Positions 13,476 to 25,283 of a stretch of DNA of 64,000 nt are shown piece after piece. Both the position numbers and the translations under genes were made by a program. The stretch is taken from positions 62,682,001 to 62,746,000 of the forward strand of contig OX597819.1 in NCBI GenBank assembly GCA_951406725.2. The letters are read 5' to 3'. Numbering within the stretch: the stretch's first letter is position 1; every line of letters begins with the position of its first letter. The stretch comes from Octopus vulgaris (lineage: Eukaryota). The notes beneath the pieces are model-generated. The model saw nothing but the letters and a program-made list of their open reading frames with translations, was not told the origin of the DNA and did not search any database.

Positions 13476-13912
13476 TTTGTGCATGTGAATACGTATATAC
13501 ATATATATAAGTAGACATATTTGTGCATGTATGTACATACACACACACAAACACATAAACACACACATGCACACGCATACACCTGCACATACACACACGT
13601 GCACCCACACACGCACACGTACACACACACACATATATATATATACATTCACACACGCACATATGTAAGATTGTATGTATTGATTAAGTATAAATAAATA
13701 CATACATATATAAATTTGAATCCATATATTGTGACTTTCATATATGCATATATTCTCTGTAACTTTATGTAATAATGTATTCTCAAATAATGCGTTCTGG
13801 TTATGCATACAAATGCACTGGGCACATTCAATGATCGGTATTAACAAAACACAATGGCGAATTGTATGTACGAACTAATACAAAAATCTTTCTTCTTAAT
13901 TTCTCGTATGTA

Positions 13913-14467
13913 CTAGGGTGAGTCAAAAATTAATACCATTTTGTTTAGGACAGATATAATTACCAACACAAAAACATGTATCATACATCAAAATGAAGCT
14001 GGACCTCTATGGATCACATCCCGACTTCTCAACATAGTCACCGTTTCTCTTAATTGCAATGTTCCACCTTTGAATGGGAGCATGTGTCCATGCCCCGTAA
14101 AATTCTATTTACTGTTCTTTGAGACACTTTTTCACTACCTCCACACTCACCAGATTTAGTGCCTTCAGACTATCATCTCTTCGGCACCAGGAAAGAGGCG
14201 TTGAGAGGTAAACATTATTCCAGTGACGAGGACATTAAAACTGTAGTGAAGAAGTGGCTCAAAGAACAGTCAACAGAATTTTACGGGGCAGGGATACACG
14301 CTTTCATTCGAAGGTGGGACATTGCTAATGAGAGAAACGGTGACTATGTTGAGAAGTAGGGATGTGATCCACAGAGAACCAGATTCATTTTGATGTATGA
14401 TACATGTTCATGTGTTGGTAATTATACATGTTCTAAACAAATGGCATTACTTTTTGACTCACCCTCG
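13913..14467 (+). mobile_element. Mariner-derived MITE with long (~225 bp) inverted arms
   Basis: TA target duplication at 13911-12 and 14468-69; termini CTAGGGTGAGTCAAAA / TTTTGACTCACCCTCG. Internal HSPDLVPSDYHLFG...RWDIANERNGDYVEK* is a mariner C-terminus (YSPDLAPxD motif). Confidence 0.9.
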
Positions 14468-14517
14468 TATACACACGCACATACACACAAACACACATAT
14501 ACGCATGTGTGTATATA

Positions 14518-14565
<48 letters not shown>

Positions 14566-15084
14566 TATGTGTGTGTGTGTGTATATATATATATACATAC
14601 ATACATACATACATACATACACACACACTCATACACATATATATGAAACTTAGGGCACAAAATGTACCGGCCCTGTTAGAAAAAAAGAGTCAACTTCCCG
14701 AGGCCGCATATTTCTCTATAAGTAAACACGCACGGTTAATGTAGGGAATATAATAAAAATAGCCCTTACCTTCACAAATCTACAAAGAAAAGTACAGACA
14801 TTTCAGTAGCAAGTGATTTCACCTTTTGTGCTAACCTGAGGTTACTGTATACAACTACACTGCGTGCATTTGTTCACTTGAATGCCTGGGTTAAACGTTT
14901 GTTAGCTGACGGCATCCGTAGACTTTTCAAGAAATTAAACACATTAGATTTCAACTGGACTATGTATTAGGTTATTCCGAAAATAATGGCCGCTCTAAAT
15001 GTTGTGTTTTGAAACGCAATTTTATCATAGTATTAGCAACAAAACCAATAAGATTTTATCAACAAGACACACACACACACACAC

Positions 15085-15240
15085 ACCATGGCTCATCTCA
15101 CTTTCTGTCATCCAAATCCACTCACAAGCTTTTGGTCGGACCGAGGCTCTAGTGGAAGACAATTGCCCAAGGTGCCGCGTTGTGGGACTGAATCCGCAAC
15201 TATGTGGTTGGGAAGCAAGCTTCTTACCACACAGGTACGC
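15085..15240 (-). mobile_element. 5' half of SINE family C
   Basis: Matches 49726-49885 in reverse complement. Confidence 0.8.
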
Positions 15241-15272
15241 ATACATACATACATACATACATATATACATAT

Positions 15273-15346
<74 letters not shown>

Positions 15347-15366
15347 TAACATTCATGTCTGTATAT

Positions 15367-15398
<32 letters not shown>

Positions 15399-15433
15399 GA
15401 ACAGAATAACATGTATAGAGATATATGAATATA

Positions 15434-15486
<53 letters not shown>

Positions 15487-16022
15487 ATAGTATACATCTA
15501 TATATATATATATGTGTGTGTATATATATATATCATTTATATTTATAATGTATATGTGTGTGTGCATATATATATACATATATGTGTGTGTGTGTGTGTA
15601 TCCCTTCACACAAACGCACATACACATCACACAGAAGTGGCCTGTGTGTTCATTGACTGTAAACTGATACTTGTTATGTGTCTCACTAAGAACCTCGTAA
15701 ACCTTATTTAGCACTCTCTTGTAATCAATACCCTGGCTATTATCTACGATAACGGAAAGAAATACAATATAATAAAAATACTAATCAATAAACACTAATT
15801 ACACTTGCGTGTGTAAGCTGATGTTTATATATCTGGATCGTTTGACTTTGCAGCTTTCTTTTTAGCACAATGGCCAAACAGAGCATGTTGCGCTTTGATC
15901 GCAGGCTCGTTGTTTATATCGTTGTTGAATGCGGCGAGCTGGCAGTATCGTTAGCACGATGGCCGAAATGCTTAGCGGTATTTCACCCGTCTCTACGTTC
16001 TGAGTTCAAATTCTGCCGAGGT

Positions 16023-16566
16023 CTACTAACCCCAAGTAGAGCGGGCTACTGACCCCAAAACTGCGAGTTCGATTCCAAGCAGTGATCTGAACAAAAACAA
16101 CAACAACAACAACAACAACAATAATAGTCATAATAATAATAATAATGATAATAATAATAATAATGATAATAATAATAATGATGATAATAATAATAATGAT
16201 GATAATAATAATAATAATAATAAGAAGTAGTGGGGGAGCATCATAGCCATGTGTTGAGAGGGATTCTTTGGGGTTTGAATAATTCACCTTTGGAAACATG
16301 GGTGGTTCTTTCAACATCCTTAAACAACCCTTATTCAGGGACCGTTTGAGCGGGATGGGCTACTCAACCTGAAGAAAATTCTAACTGGGCCCCACCCACA
16401 AGGTCATGTGCTGTTTATCTTGATATGAGATCACCATGTCGCACACATATGGTTGTGATGCATGTGCCTGGTGTACCTTTATCAGACGGGTAGTCATGAT
16501 GGGTATATTGGGCTTCGTATATTTTACCCCAGTGTCACTTTGATGGCATGAACTGCTCTCTCACTC

Positions 16567-16642
<76 letters not shown>

Positions 16643-16822
16643 TCGAAAAATACCATAGAAATGAGAACCCAGGTTCGAAATTTCCCCAAGACACCCGAAG
16701 ATGGCTGGAGGGTATATCAGCCGAAACGTTATGTTAACAACAAACAAGATGAGGACAAATATCCGTCGAATGTAAATAATGTAAATAATGTACATAATTC
16801 CTCACCTCTTAAATGTAGAACT
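16023..16822 (+). mobile_element. tRNA-headed, HHR-tailed element (copy with mutated ribozyme core)
   Basis: Head with B-box GAGTTCGATTCC at about 16066, an (AAC/AAT)n spacer, and a tail (16641-16822) homologous to 63061-63241. The core reads CCGAAGA instead of CTGANGA at 16695-16701. Confidence 0.8.
16223..16566 (+). mobile_element. 5'-truncated family T element inserted in the (AAT)n spacer of the HHR element
   Basis: Reverse complement of 7744-8087. Confidence 0.85.
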
Positions 16823-17401
16823 AAATTAAGTACTAGATGCATACTGGGGTCGATCTCATCGACAGGCTCCCTCCACAAAAGTTTCGGGCCTTGCGCCTAT
16901 AGTAGAAAAGTATCGTCAGCACGCTGGACGGAATGCTTAGCGGTATTTCGCCCATCGCTACGTTCTGAGTTCAAATTCCGCCGAGATCGACATTGCCATT
17001 TATCCTTTCGACTTCGATAAATTAAGAACCAGTTGCGTACTGGTGTCGATCTAATCGACTGGTCCCGTTCCCCAAAATTTCAGGCCTTGAGCCTTTAGTA
17101 GAAAGGCTATTAACATTGTTATTGCTACTGCTGGTGCTATTGTTGTTGTTGTTGTTATTTTTGCTGTTTAGTCTTAACTCAGGTATGACTGAGCATGACT
17201 GTGGCCATGCTCCAGCATAGCCATAGTCAAATGACTGAAATAAATAAAAGAATAAAAGAAAGAAAAGGTAACATTCGAGATATGACTGTATACTATTTTT
17301 TAGCAAACAAGGCAAACTACAGAAAGATTCTCTAATTTGCTCCGGTGGCCAGTTACACATCTGATTTGCTCTTGGTTTAATATATAACTTAAACCAAGAT
17401 G

Positions 17402-17601
17402 CTAAGTATTATTCAGCTCGGCCCAAAATGGTCGTTAGAAGATATCTGTTTTGTCAACTTACATTTTGTAAACATCCTATGGATTCTAGGAAAACTACAG
17501 ATCTCCTAAGTGTTATGTAGCTCGGCCCGAAGTGGCCGTTAGAAGAAATTTGTTTTGTCAATTAACATTTTGTAAACATCTTATGGATTCTGGGAAAGCT
17601 A
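17402..17601 (+). repeat. Two ~104-bp tandem units
   Basis: CTAAGT(A/G)TTAT..AGCTCGGCCC.AA.TGG.CGTTAGAAGA...ACATTTTGTAAACATC.TATGGATTCT.GGAAA.CTA occurs twice. Confidence 0.85.
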
Positions 17602-19886
17602 TTCGAAAACAATTTAAATCTACAATCCTTAATCCGGTTGGATAAACTTTCTATTTGTTTTAAGATACTGACGCCCGAGTGTAGGATTAATTGAACACAA
17701 GAACTACAGGGTAAATTATAAGTTGTCCATTTTTTTGTGCTTTTATTTACAAAGTATGTAATATTGTTGGGAGTGAGTAGTAAGGACGAATGATTAAGAA
17801 ATTTAGTTCGCAATCACGAGATTCCAGGTTCGATCACAAAGCATGGTTACTTGAGTAAAGGTAATTTTTTACCTTGTGAATGCAATTGAAACATCAGAAA
17901 CTGTATGGAAGCCCATTGGTGGATTGTACCAATAAGTCAAAAGTTACTTGTCCCCCACCTCCTGTGTCACGCCGTTTCTGCCTGAGGATTATATCAAACG
18001 TTGTGGAATATTCAGCCACTTATATGTTAATTCAGGAACAAATAACTCAGTTCATAGAACGACACCACAACCTACATAAACCACCACTTACACAACGACT
18101 ACCACCATCACCACTGCCGCCGCCCCACCACCATTGTTGTCTCTAGGAACCAGTTTTAAATGCTTTGACAAACAGAATAACAGTAAAAATAAGTTGTTTT
18201 CAGGGCATTTGAGAATAATAGAATAATAGAATGAGGTTTAACCTTAGACCGGAAATCTGTCCTAATTACTGACAACAGAATGGACTCGGCAAAATGCGAT
18301 GTTGCATATGGAAAACCAGGTGATTGTTTAAGTCTGTTACGAAAATAGTGGAAGAATTTTTAAGGAATTGTTCCTCCGAAGCACTTCCACTGATATTTCT
18401 TAACCAAATTTCATTAAAACGTCTTTAGTTAATCATAGACTATGTAGAGGCTGCTCCTCACTAGGATTGAACCAAAGACCACGAAGTTGCAACAGTGAAT
18501 TCCCTATTCATACAGTAATGCTGTAGTCATAATCAGAACAGGCAATTAATTTTACGAGTGACAGGATATGAACCGATGATATTTAAGTTAATATGTCGCA
18601 GCACTATCGATCCGGTTTTCTGCTTTATTAACTGAAGCAGCTTTCGTTAGAGACTACACCTGATTTGCAACTTTTACTTTTCAAAAAAGAGAAAGCTTAA
18701 CACCGCTCGTCCATCGCACGCATGAACACAGAATGATAGAATAATACTAATGTCTCGCTTCGACTCCCTTTCACTCTCTCCTTTTCATTCTTTTTCCTTT
18801 CCCCTTCTCTTCTCATTTATTATTACGTGATTGTCGTTGACTCTCAGATTTCAATGGTGGCTAGCTTCACAATCAATGCATCTGCTCAGACAATATTGGC
18901 TTTCTCTATATCACTCTTCTTCTCTATCAGCCTATCTCTGTCTATTTTATTTCTATTTTCCCTGACAACCATAGAAATACAATCTTTATAATAGCCCTAT
19001 AATCATTATAATTTTTCCTCCTCCTTACATTTATAATACACAAACAAGCAATTACTATCTATTGGTCTCTTCCTTTCTGTTTTTTTTCTGCTATTTCTGT
19101 CTTCTTTTTTTTCTGCAATTCTTCTTTCTCTTTCCTTGTTTAGAGTTCTTTTTATTTTTTATTTCTCAATTTAAATTACACAAACCTACTTGAATTGGCT
19201 TCGCTCTTCACATTCACTCTACAATTCCAAAATCAGTATACATCGCCTCTCAACACAATCCGGCAAACAGAACTGCCACCCCACAGAAGCGTCAGATGCA
19301 GTCCCCAAATCTTAGACACAAAGCTGAACACCCATCTCCCAACCAATCAATTACAATCCCCAAATCCTGCACCCTAAAATGCTACAAAACATGTGCCAAC
19401 TTCTACATTGTACCCCAAACAATTCTTTATCCAAAGAATATAAACATCCATATTCTAAACTTTAGTCGCAGTATTCAGTCCTTAAAACCGAAACCCATTG
19501 GAACTACACTGTCATATTCCAGCCCCAAACCTACAAAACTTAAATCTCAAAAACTACATACTCGTATCCCAACGCTTAATTCCAACTTTCAAAAATTCTA
19601 AACCTAACAAAGCTACAGAACTATTCCAGCACCCAGTTTCAGTCACCACCCGCCAGGCCCTACCCAATCCTTAAAAATTCCACCTTTATATATCCTTACT
19701 CATCGGTTCTATCACAAAACTCCCCAAATGTCCAAAGATTTCTCAGTAAAATTAATATCCGGATACTTTACAACTTTCGAGACGACAATTTCCTTAAAAT
19801 AAAGAAAACAAAACTTAGTTTCCGTTCTGCATCATTCAATTTATTTCTTTTTATTTTCTTCCTTCAGTTTTTCTCTCACTCTTTTA

Positions 19887-19977
<91 letters not shown>

Positions 19978-19986
19978 CATCCATCC

Positions 19987-20068
<82 letters not shown>

Positions 20069-20205
20069 GTGATACACGATCCTTTTTGATAGGAATTTTT
20101 TCCTCCTTACTTTTCTATTTTCTTTTTGTCGAAAAGAAAAACTCTACATTGTATTTTGTCCCTTCGGTGTTCGGCCCTGTGTGGCTAATAAAGAAAGTTA
20201 TCTAC

Positions 20206-20269
<64 letters not shown>

Positions 20270-20280
20270 GTCTATCTATC
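19887..20280. repeat. (TATC)n array containing a Tx1-like 3' tail (20068-20197)
   Basis: The tail GTGATACACGATCC...CCCTGTGTGGCTAATAAAGAAAG matches 22565-22680. Confidence 0.85.
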
Positions 20281-20286
20281 GACTGA

Positions 20287-22419
20287 CTTGATGTCGCATC
20301 GGCTCCGCAGGTAACCCCTTTTTTCGACCTTTTATTGCATACATTTTGCTTCAATGTTTGCACACGAGGTGCGTAAAGCACCCAGCATTCGTTCGAGTTT
20401 GTTTTCATGGGAGGAATTGACCCCCTAGGAGCAGTTTCAAACCTATTTACATTTCTATTTTCTTCGATTTCCTTGCCATATTTTTAAACAAATATGGCTA
20501 AGCGAAGCCATGAGGCCGACTGCCCGCCTCTACCAATGCTACGGGCGAAGGAAGCTGAAAGCAAAGGCGTTCCTTTGAACGCACATAGGCCTTAGAAGGC
20601 ACGAATGCCTCTGCTACTATAACCACTGGCTCCACCACTGCCACCACCACAACCGCCATCACTACCACAACCAACACGAATACTGAAAATAATTTTGTCG
20701 CAGCTTTAAAGTTAAAGAAAAGGGTCATGTGCTTTTCTAAAGAAGAACTGTTCACCTGTAAAGCAATGTTAAAAAAAGACGACCACAGCATACAACTACA
20801 GACACCATAAAACATCACGGGAAAAATCGAAAAAAAAAACCCTAATTATTTACAGGACACTCAATCTAAAACAAGGCTATACGAAAAGGCCACTCAAGAA
20901 AATATTGAAAAATGTTTAAGGCTTATATGGGCCTTTAAAGACTACATCACGAAGGGAAACAGATTTGCCACGATCGAAGTTTAATTCGACAGTGAAGAAA
21001 GAGCCAAGGACCTCTCCACAAAGTCCTTCCAATTTGAAAATTTATTGATGATCGCTACATACCTTGGTCGTAGTGTCACAGAAATTAAAATAAAGAATAT
21101 GCCTCCTGAAATAGAAATAAAATAGCTCGTGTCTGCTATTTGCTATGACGTCGAGGATGAAATCCATATTTTGGAAATCGTTGTCGTGGATCAACAAAAC
21201 TGGATTGGCCAAGAAATCGAAACTGCTGCTCGGCACCTGGAGAAGCTAGCTCATGCTGTCCAACAGTGTCTCCATCGTGGGGCAGTGGACCGACGGACTG
21301 GTTAAATTGCTCGGAGTCTGGTTCGGTCCAGTCCTCCAAATGGAGAAGACCTGGAGCGAAATAACAACTAGGATGGCCACTCTCATCCAGCAATGAGCCG
21401 AGAGGAAGCTATCCCTAAAAGGTCGGGCGGAGGTGGCGAACGTGTACATCGCATCCGTCATCGAATACCGTCTGACCGTCGTGCTTTGTTCCGACCCTAC
21501 CATCACCAAACTGGAACGCACACTCTTCCGCTTCCTGTGGAAGGGAAGCGTTTAGATTGTTAGGCGATCAACACCCGCTGGACAGCTAGGCATGCCGTGG
21601 TTGATGGACAGCTAGGCATGCCGTGGTTGATGATGCGCAGACATGCACTGAGACTGCGACATCTCCGGGGCTTCATAGACGACGGTGAACAGGTGTGGTC
21701 GCTTTTTGTGCGACGCGCTTTCCCGCAGCTTGTCTCCTTGGCCGAACTACAGTCGTGGATAAAACAGAGACCGAGGCTAGGCGAATGGCACCGCGAGTGT
21801 CGCGTTGCTCCCAAACAACTCTGCTGTCCGGGTTTAAACTTGTACGACTTCATTACAACAAAGGCGTTCTATAGAGGATTAGTGGAGAGGAGGTGCGACG
21901 ACGTTCTCGAGCAGAATGTGGACGTCGACGAGGAACACCTGACCCGCCTGTTCAGGACAACTTTCGACAATCACCAAAGATCCCTTTCTGGCAGTGCTAT
22001 CGGGAAGCATTACCTGTTCGGGATAAGCTCTACAGGCACGGTTCGAGACACACCGGACCGACTCGCCCGGGATGCGGTCAGGGCGACGAAACCGTTCTGC
22101 ACGCACTCGTGCAGTGTCCAACCATTTCGGACCTGTGGGCTTGTGCCGAACGGCTGCTGTCACGCATGGGACGAGTCCGCCAGTCAGATGAGTCTATCAC
22201 GAAAATTGATCCGCCACCTTCCCTCAACCGGGAAGGCAAGGCAGTCTTCATCGTTCTGGTGGCCATGGTGAAAGAATGGAAAGGAAGGTGAGAATGGAGA
22301 GGCAGGTTTTGTCTCGTGAAAGCTTCACAAAAAAGGTGGGTGAATGTAGCAAAGATGGTGCGTGCGAGCGACGAAACCACTTTGAGCATGATCCTATAAA
22401 TCGTAAAGAGAGAGAGTGA

Positions 22420-22450
<31 letters not shown>

Positions 22451-22680
22451 CACTTTGCTCTCGTGTTTATTTCCCCTCTGCCTGAAGTTACCGTGGTCTT
22501 TTCCGTAGGCTTTTCATTCCACGGATAAACCTAATCTTGTTTCTTACTTTTTAAAAATTTCTTTGTGATACACGATTCCTTTTAATCAATTTTTTTCCCG
22601 ATCCCTTTTGATCGGAATTTTACATTTGTTCCCTTTTTTCCTCTTCTTTTTCATTCTCCCTGTGTAGCCAATAAAGAAAG
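20287..22680 (+). mobile_element. Internally deleted Tx1/L1-clade non-LTR retrotransposon
   Basis: Decayed ORF1 from ATG 20494 (..YITKGNRFATIEV*FDSEERA..TYLGRSVTEIKIKNMPPE) is fused near 21260 to the ORF2 C-terminus: KLLGVWFG, RKLSLKGRAEVANVYIAS, LFRFLWKG, REALPVRDKL and the zinc-knuckle remnant GCGQGDETVLHALVQC. Stop at 22397-22399, then a pyrimidine-rich 3' UTR ending AATAAAGAAAG. There is a 26-bp tandem duplication at 21579-21630. Confidence 0.9.
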
Positions 22681-22716
22681 TTATCTATCTGTCTATCTAC
22701 CTACCTACCTACGTAC

Positions 22717-22792
<76 letters not shown>

Positions 22793-23120
22793 GTATGTAT
22801 GTATGTATGTATGTATGTATGTATGTATGTATGTATGTATGTATGTATCTATCTATCTATCTACCTATGTACCTACCTATCTATCTGTCTATGTATGTAT
22901 GCACGTATGTATCTATCTGTCTATCTACCTACCTACATACTTATGTATGTATCTGTCTATATACCTATGTACCTACCTATCTACCTGTCTATGTATGTAT
23001 GTATGCATGTACATATGTATCTATTTGTCTATTTCTTTCTCCCTATCTATCTATCTATCTATCTATCTGTTGCTTATTTGCAAAAAAAAAAAAAAAGAAA
23101 TATAAAATGTGACTTCATTG

Positions 23121-23428
23121 ACCGAGGTTATCGTGGTCTTTTCCGTAGGCTTTTCTTTCCACGGGTAAACCTCACCTGTCCTCCCCTTTACACTTCATAT
23201 TGACATTTCTGTGATAACGATCCCTATTGATCAATTTTTTTTTTTTTTTTTTTTTTTTCCTCTCCCCCTTTTTTTAACCCCCCTTTTTTTGTCCTCTTTC
23301 TCTCCTTTTACGATCCCTTTTGATCGAAACTCCCCCTTCCTTTTTTTTTTTTTTTAAACCTTCAAAAGAAAAGCTCTACCTTGTAATTTGTTCTATCTGT
23401 GTGCAGCCCTGTGTGGCTAATAAAGAAA
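23121..23428 (+). mobile_element. Tx1-like 3' UTR fragment
   Basis: CGTGGTCTTTTCCGTAGGCTTTT...CCCTGTGTGGCTAATAAAGAAA followed by (TATC)n. Confidence 0.8.
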
Positions 23429-23430
23429 CA

Positions 23431-23505
<75 letters not shown>

Positions 23506-24154
23506 ATATCTATCTATCTATCTATCTATCTGTCTGTCTATCTTCTATCACTTCTAAATTCAATCCTGTGTTTTTTTATTTATTTCTCATACTTTTTAAT
23601 TTATTTCTTTTCCTTTTCTACCCCCACCCCTTATATATTTCTTCGTTTCTTTCTTTTTCACTTCCCCTTCCCCTTCCCAGTAATTATCGTTTCTTACTTC
23701 TTTCTTTATTTCTTTATTTTCATTTCCTTCCTTCCAGACATCTTCGTTTATATTTATACATCTTTATTTTCATTTGCTTCTTTCTTTTTATTTCCTTCTT
23801 TTTTTTTTGCTTCCCAATTCTTACTTCCTTCCGTCGTCTCTTGGCATTTCTATTTACTTTTCTCTCTTCCTGAATTCCTTCTTTCTTTGTATCTTTCCTA
23901 TTCATCTTTCATTCTCTCATTCTCTCATTCACTCATTTACTCTCATTCTCACTTTTTACCATTCACAAAATGCAAAACTTCATATTCGGCAGGATTTGAA
24001 CTCATTGTACTTGCAAAAAAAAAAAAAATCTGACAAAGCACCATAACCCGCCTCTCTACCGTTCCTGCCCTACCACCGAGCAGACCACCAACCCTTTTTT
24101 CTTCATGACCTTACATTTCCCCCTCACTTCTTCATCAAATTGCTCTCCCATTTA

Positions 24155-24540
24155 GGCAACGAGCTGGCAGAATCGTTAGCATGTTAGACGAAATGCTTAG
24201 CGGTATTTTGTTCGTCGCTACGTTTTGAGTTCAAATTCCTCCGAGTTCGTCTTTGTCTTTCAACCTTTCAGTGTCGATAAATTAAGTACCAGTAGCGTAC
24301 CGGGGTCGATCTAATCGACTGGCCCCCTCCCCCAAAATTTGTGCCTAGAATAGGAAAGAATTGATAGCACGCTGGAGGAATGCTTAGCGGTATTTCGCCC
24401 GTCGCTACGTTCGTGTTCAAATTCCGCCAAGGTCGACTTTGCCTTTCATCCTTTCGGGGTCGATGAAACAAGTACTAGTGAAATACGGGGGTCGATGTAA
24501 TCGACTATCTCCTTCCCACCTCCAAATTTCAGGCCTTGTC
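24155..24540 (+). mobile_element. Tandem SINE family B copies
   Basis: GGCAACGAGCTGGCAGAATCGTTAGC head; second unit from about 24365. Confidence 0.85.
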
Positions 24541-24568
24541 AAATGACCGAAACAAATAAAAGAAAAAA

Positions 24569-24631
<63 letters not shown>

Positions 24632-24717
24632 TATTTCGGTGCGAATGGATTTTTATACGGCGCCGTTTTTACAATCCTGTAAATATGAAGAATGCTAATT
24701 TTGACGGACTTTTTTCA

Positions 24718-25283
24718 GTTTCCCTGAACTAAATCAACTCACAAGGCTTTGGTCGGCCCGTGTCTATAGTAGTAGACACTTGCGCAGTGGGAATGAACTC
24801 GGAAAAAAGTGGTTGGGAAGAAAGCTTCTTACCTCACAGCCACACCGCCTTGTCTTCTATATTTTATCTTTTAGTTATTTCTGTTCTTAGACTGCGGCCA
24901 TCCTGGAGCACCGCCTCGAAGAAGTTTTAGTCGAATGAATCAACCCCAGCACTTTTTAAAAAATTTTTTACGCTTGATACTATATCGGTCACTTTTGCCG
25001 ACCCGTGAAGTTACGGGAACGTAAACACATTAACATCGGTTGTTCAAGAGGTGGGGGAAAAACAGACACAAATACACACACACACGCACGCACGCACACA
25101 CACACATACACACACACACACACGACAGGCTTCTTTCTGTTTCCGTCGACCAAATTCACTCAGAACGCTTTGGCTGACTATAGGCTATAGTAGAAGACAT
25201 GCTCAAAGTGCCACACAGTCGGGAGGAACCCGAAACCATGTGGTTGGGAAGGAAGCTTCTTACCACATGACCACGCCGGCACC
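24718..25283 (-). mobile_element. SINE family C copies (5' fragment plus one near-complete copy)
   Basis: Reverse-complement similarity to 49726-50165. Confidence 0.8.

Larger units (their letters stand above)
15930..17105 (+). mobile_element. SINE family B copy or copies split by nested insertions
   Basis: The head 15930-16022 (GCGGCGAGCTGGCAG...GAGTTCAAATTCTGCCGAGGTC) resumes at about 16823 (AAATTAAGTACTAG...GGGGTCGAT). A second unit spans about 16910-17105. Confidence 0.75.

Noticed and set aside
19195-19800. A/C-rich tract resembling a decayed LINE coding strand
   Set aside because: No RT or endonuclease motif could be read.
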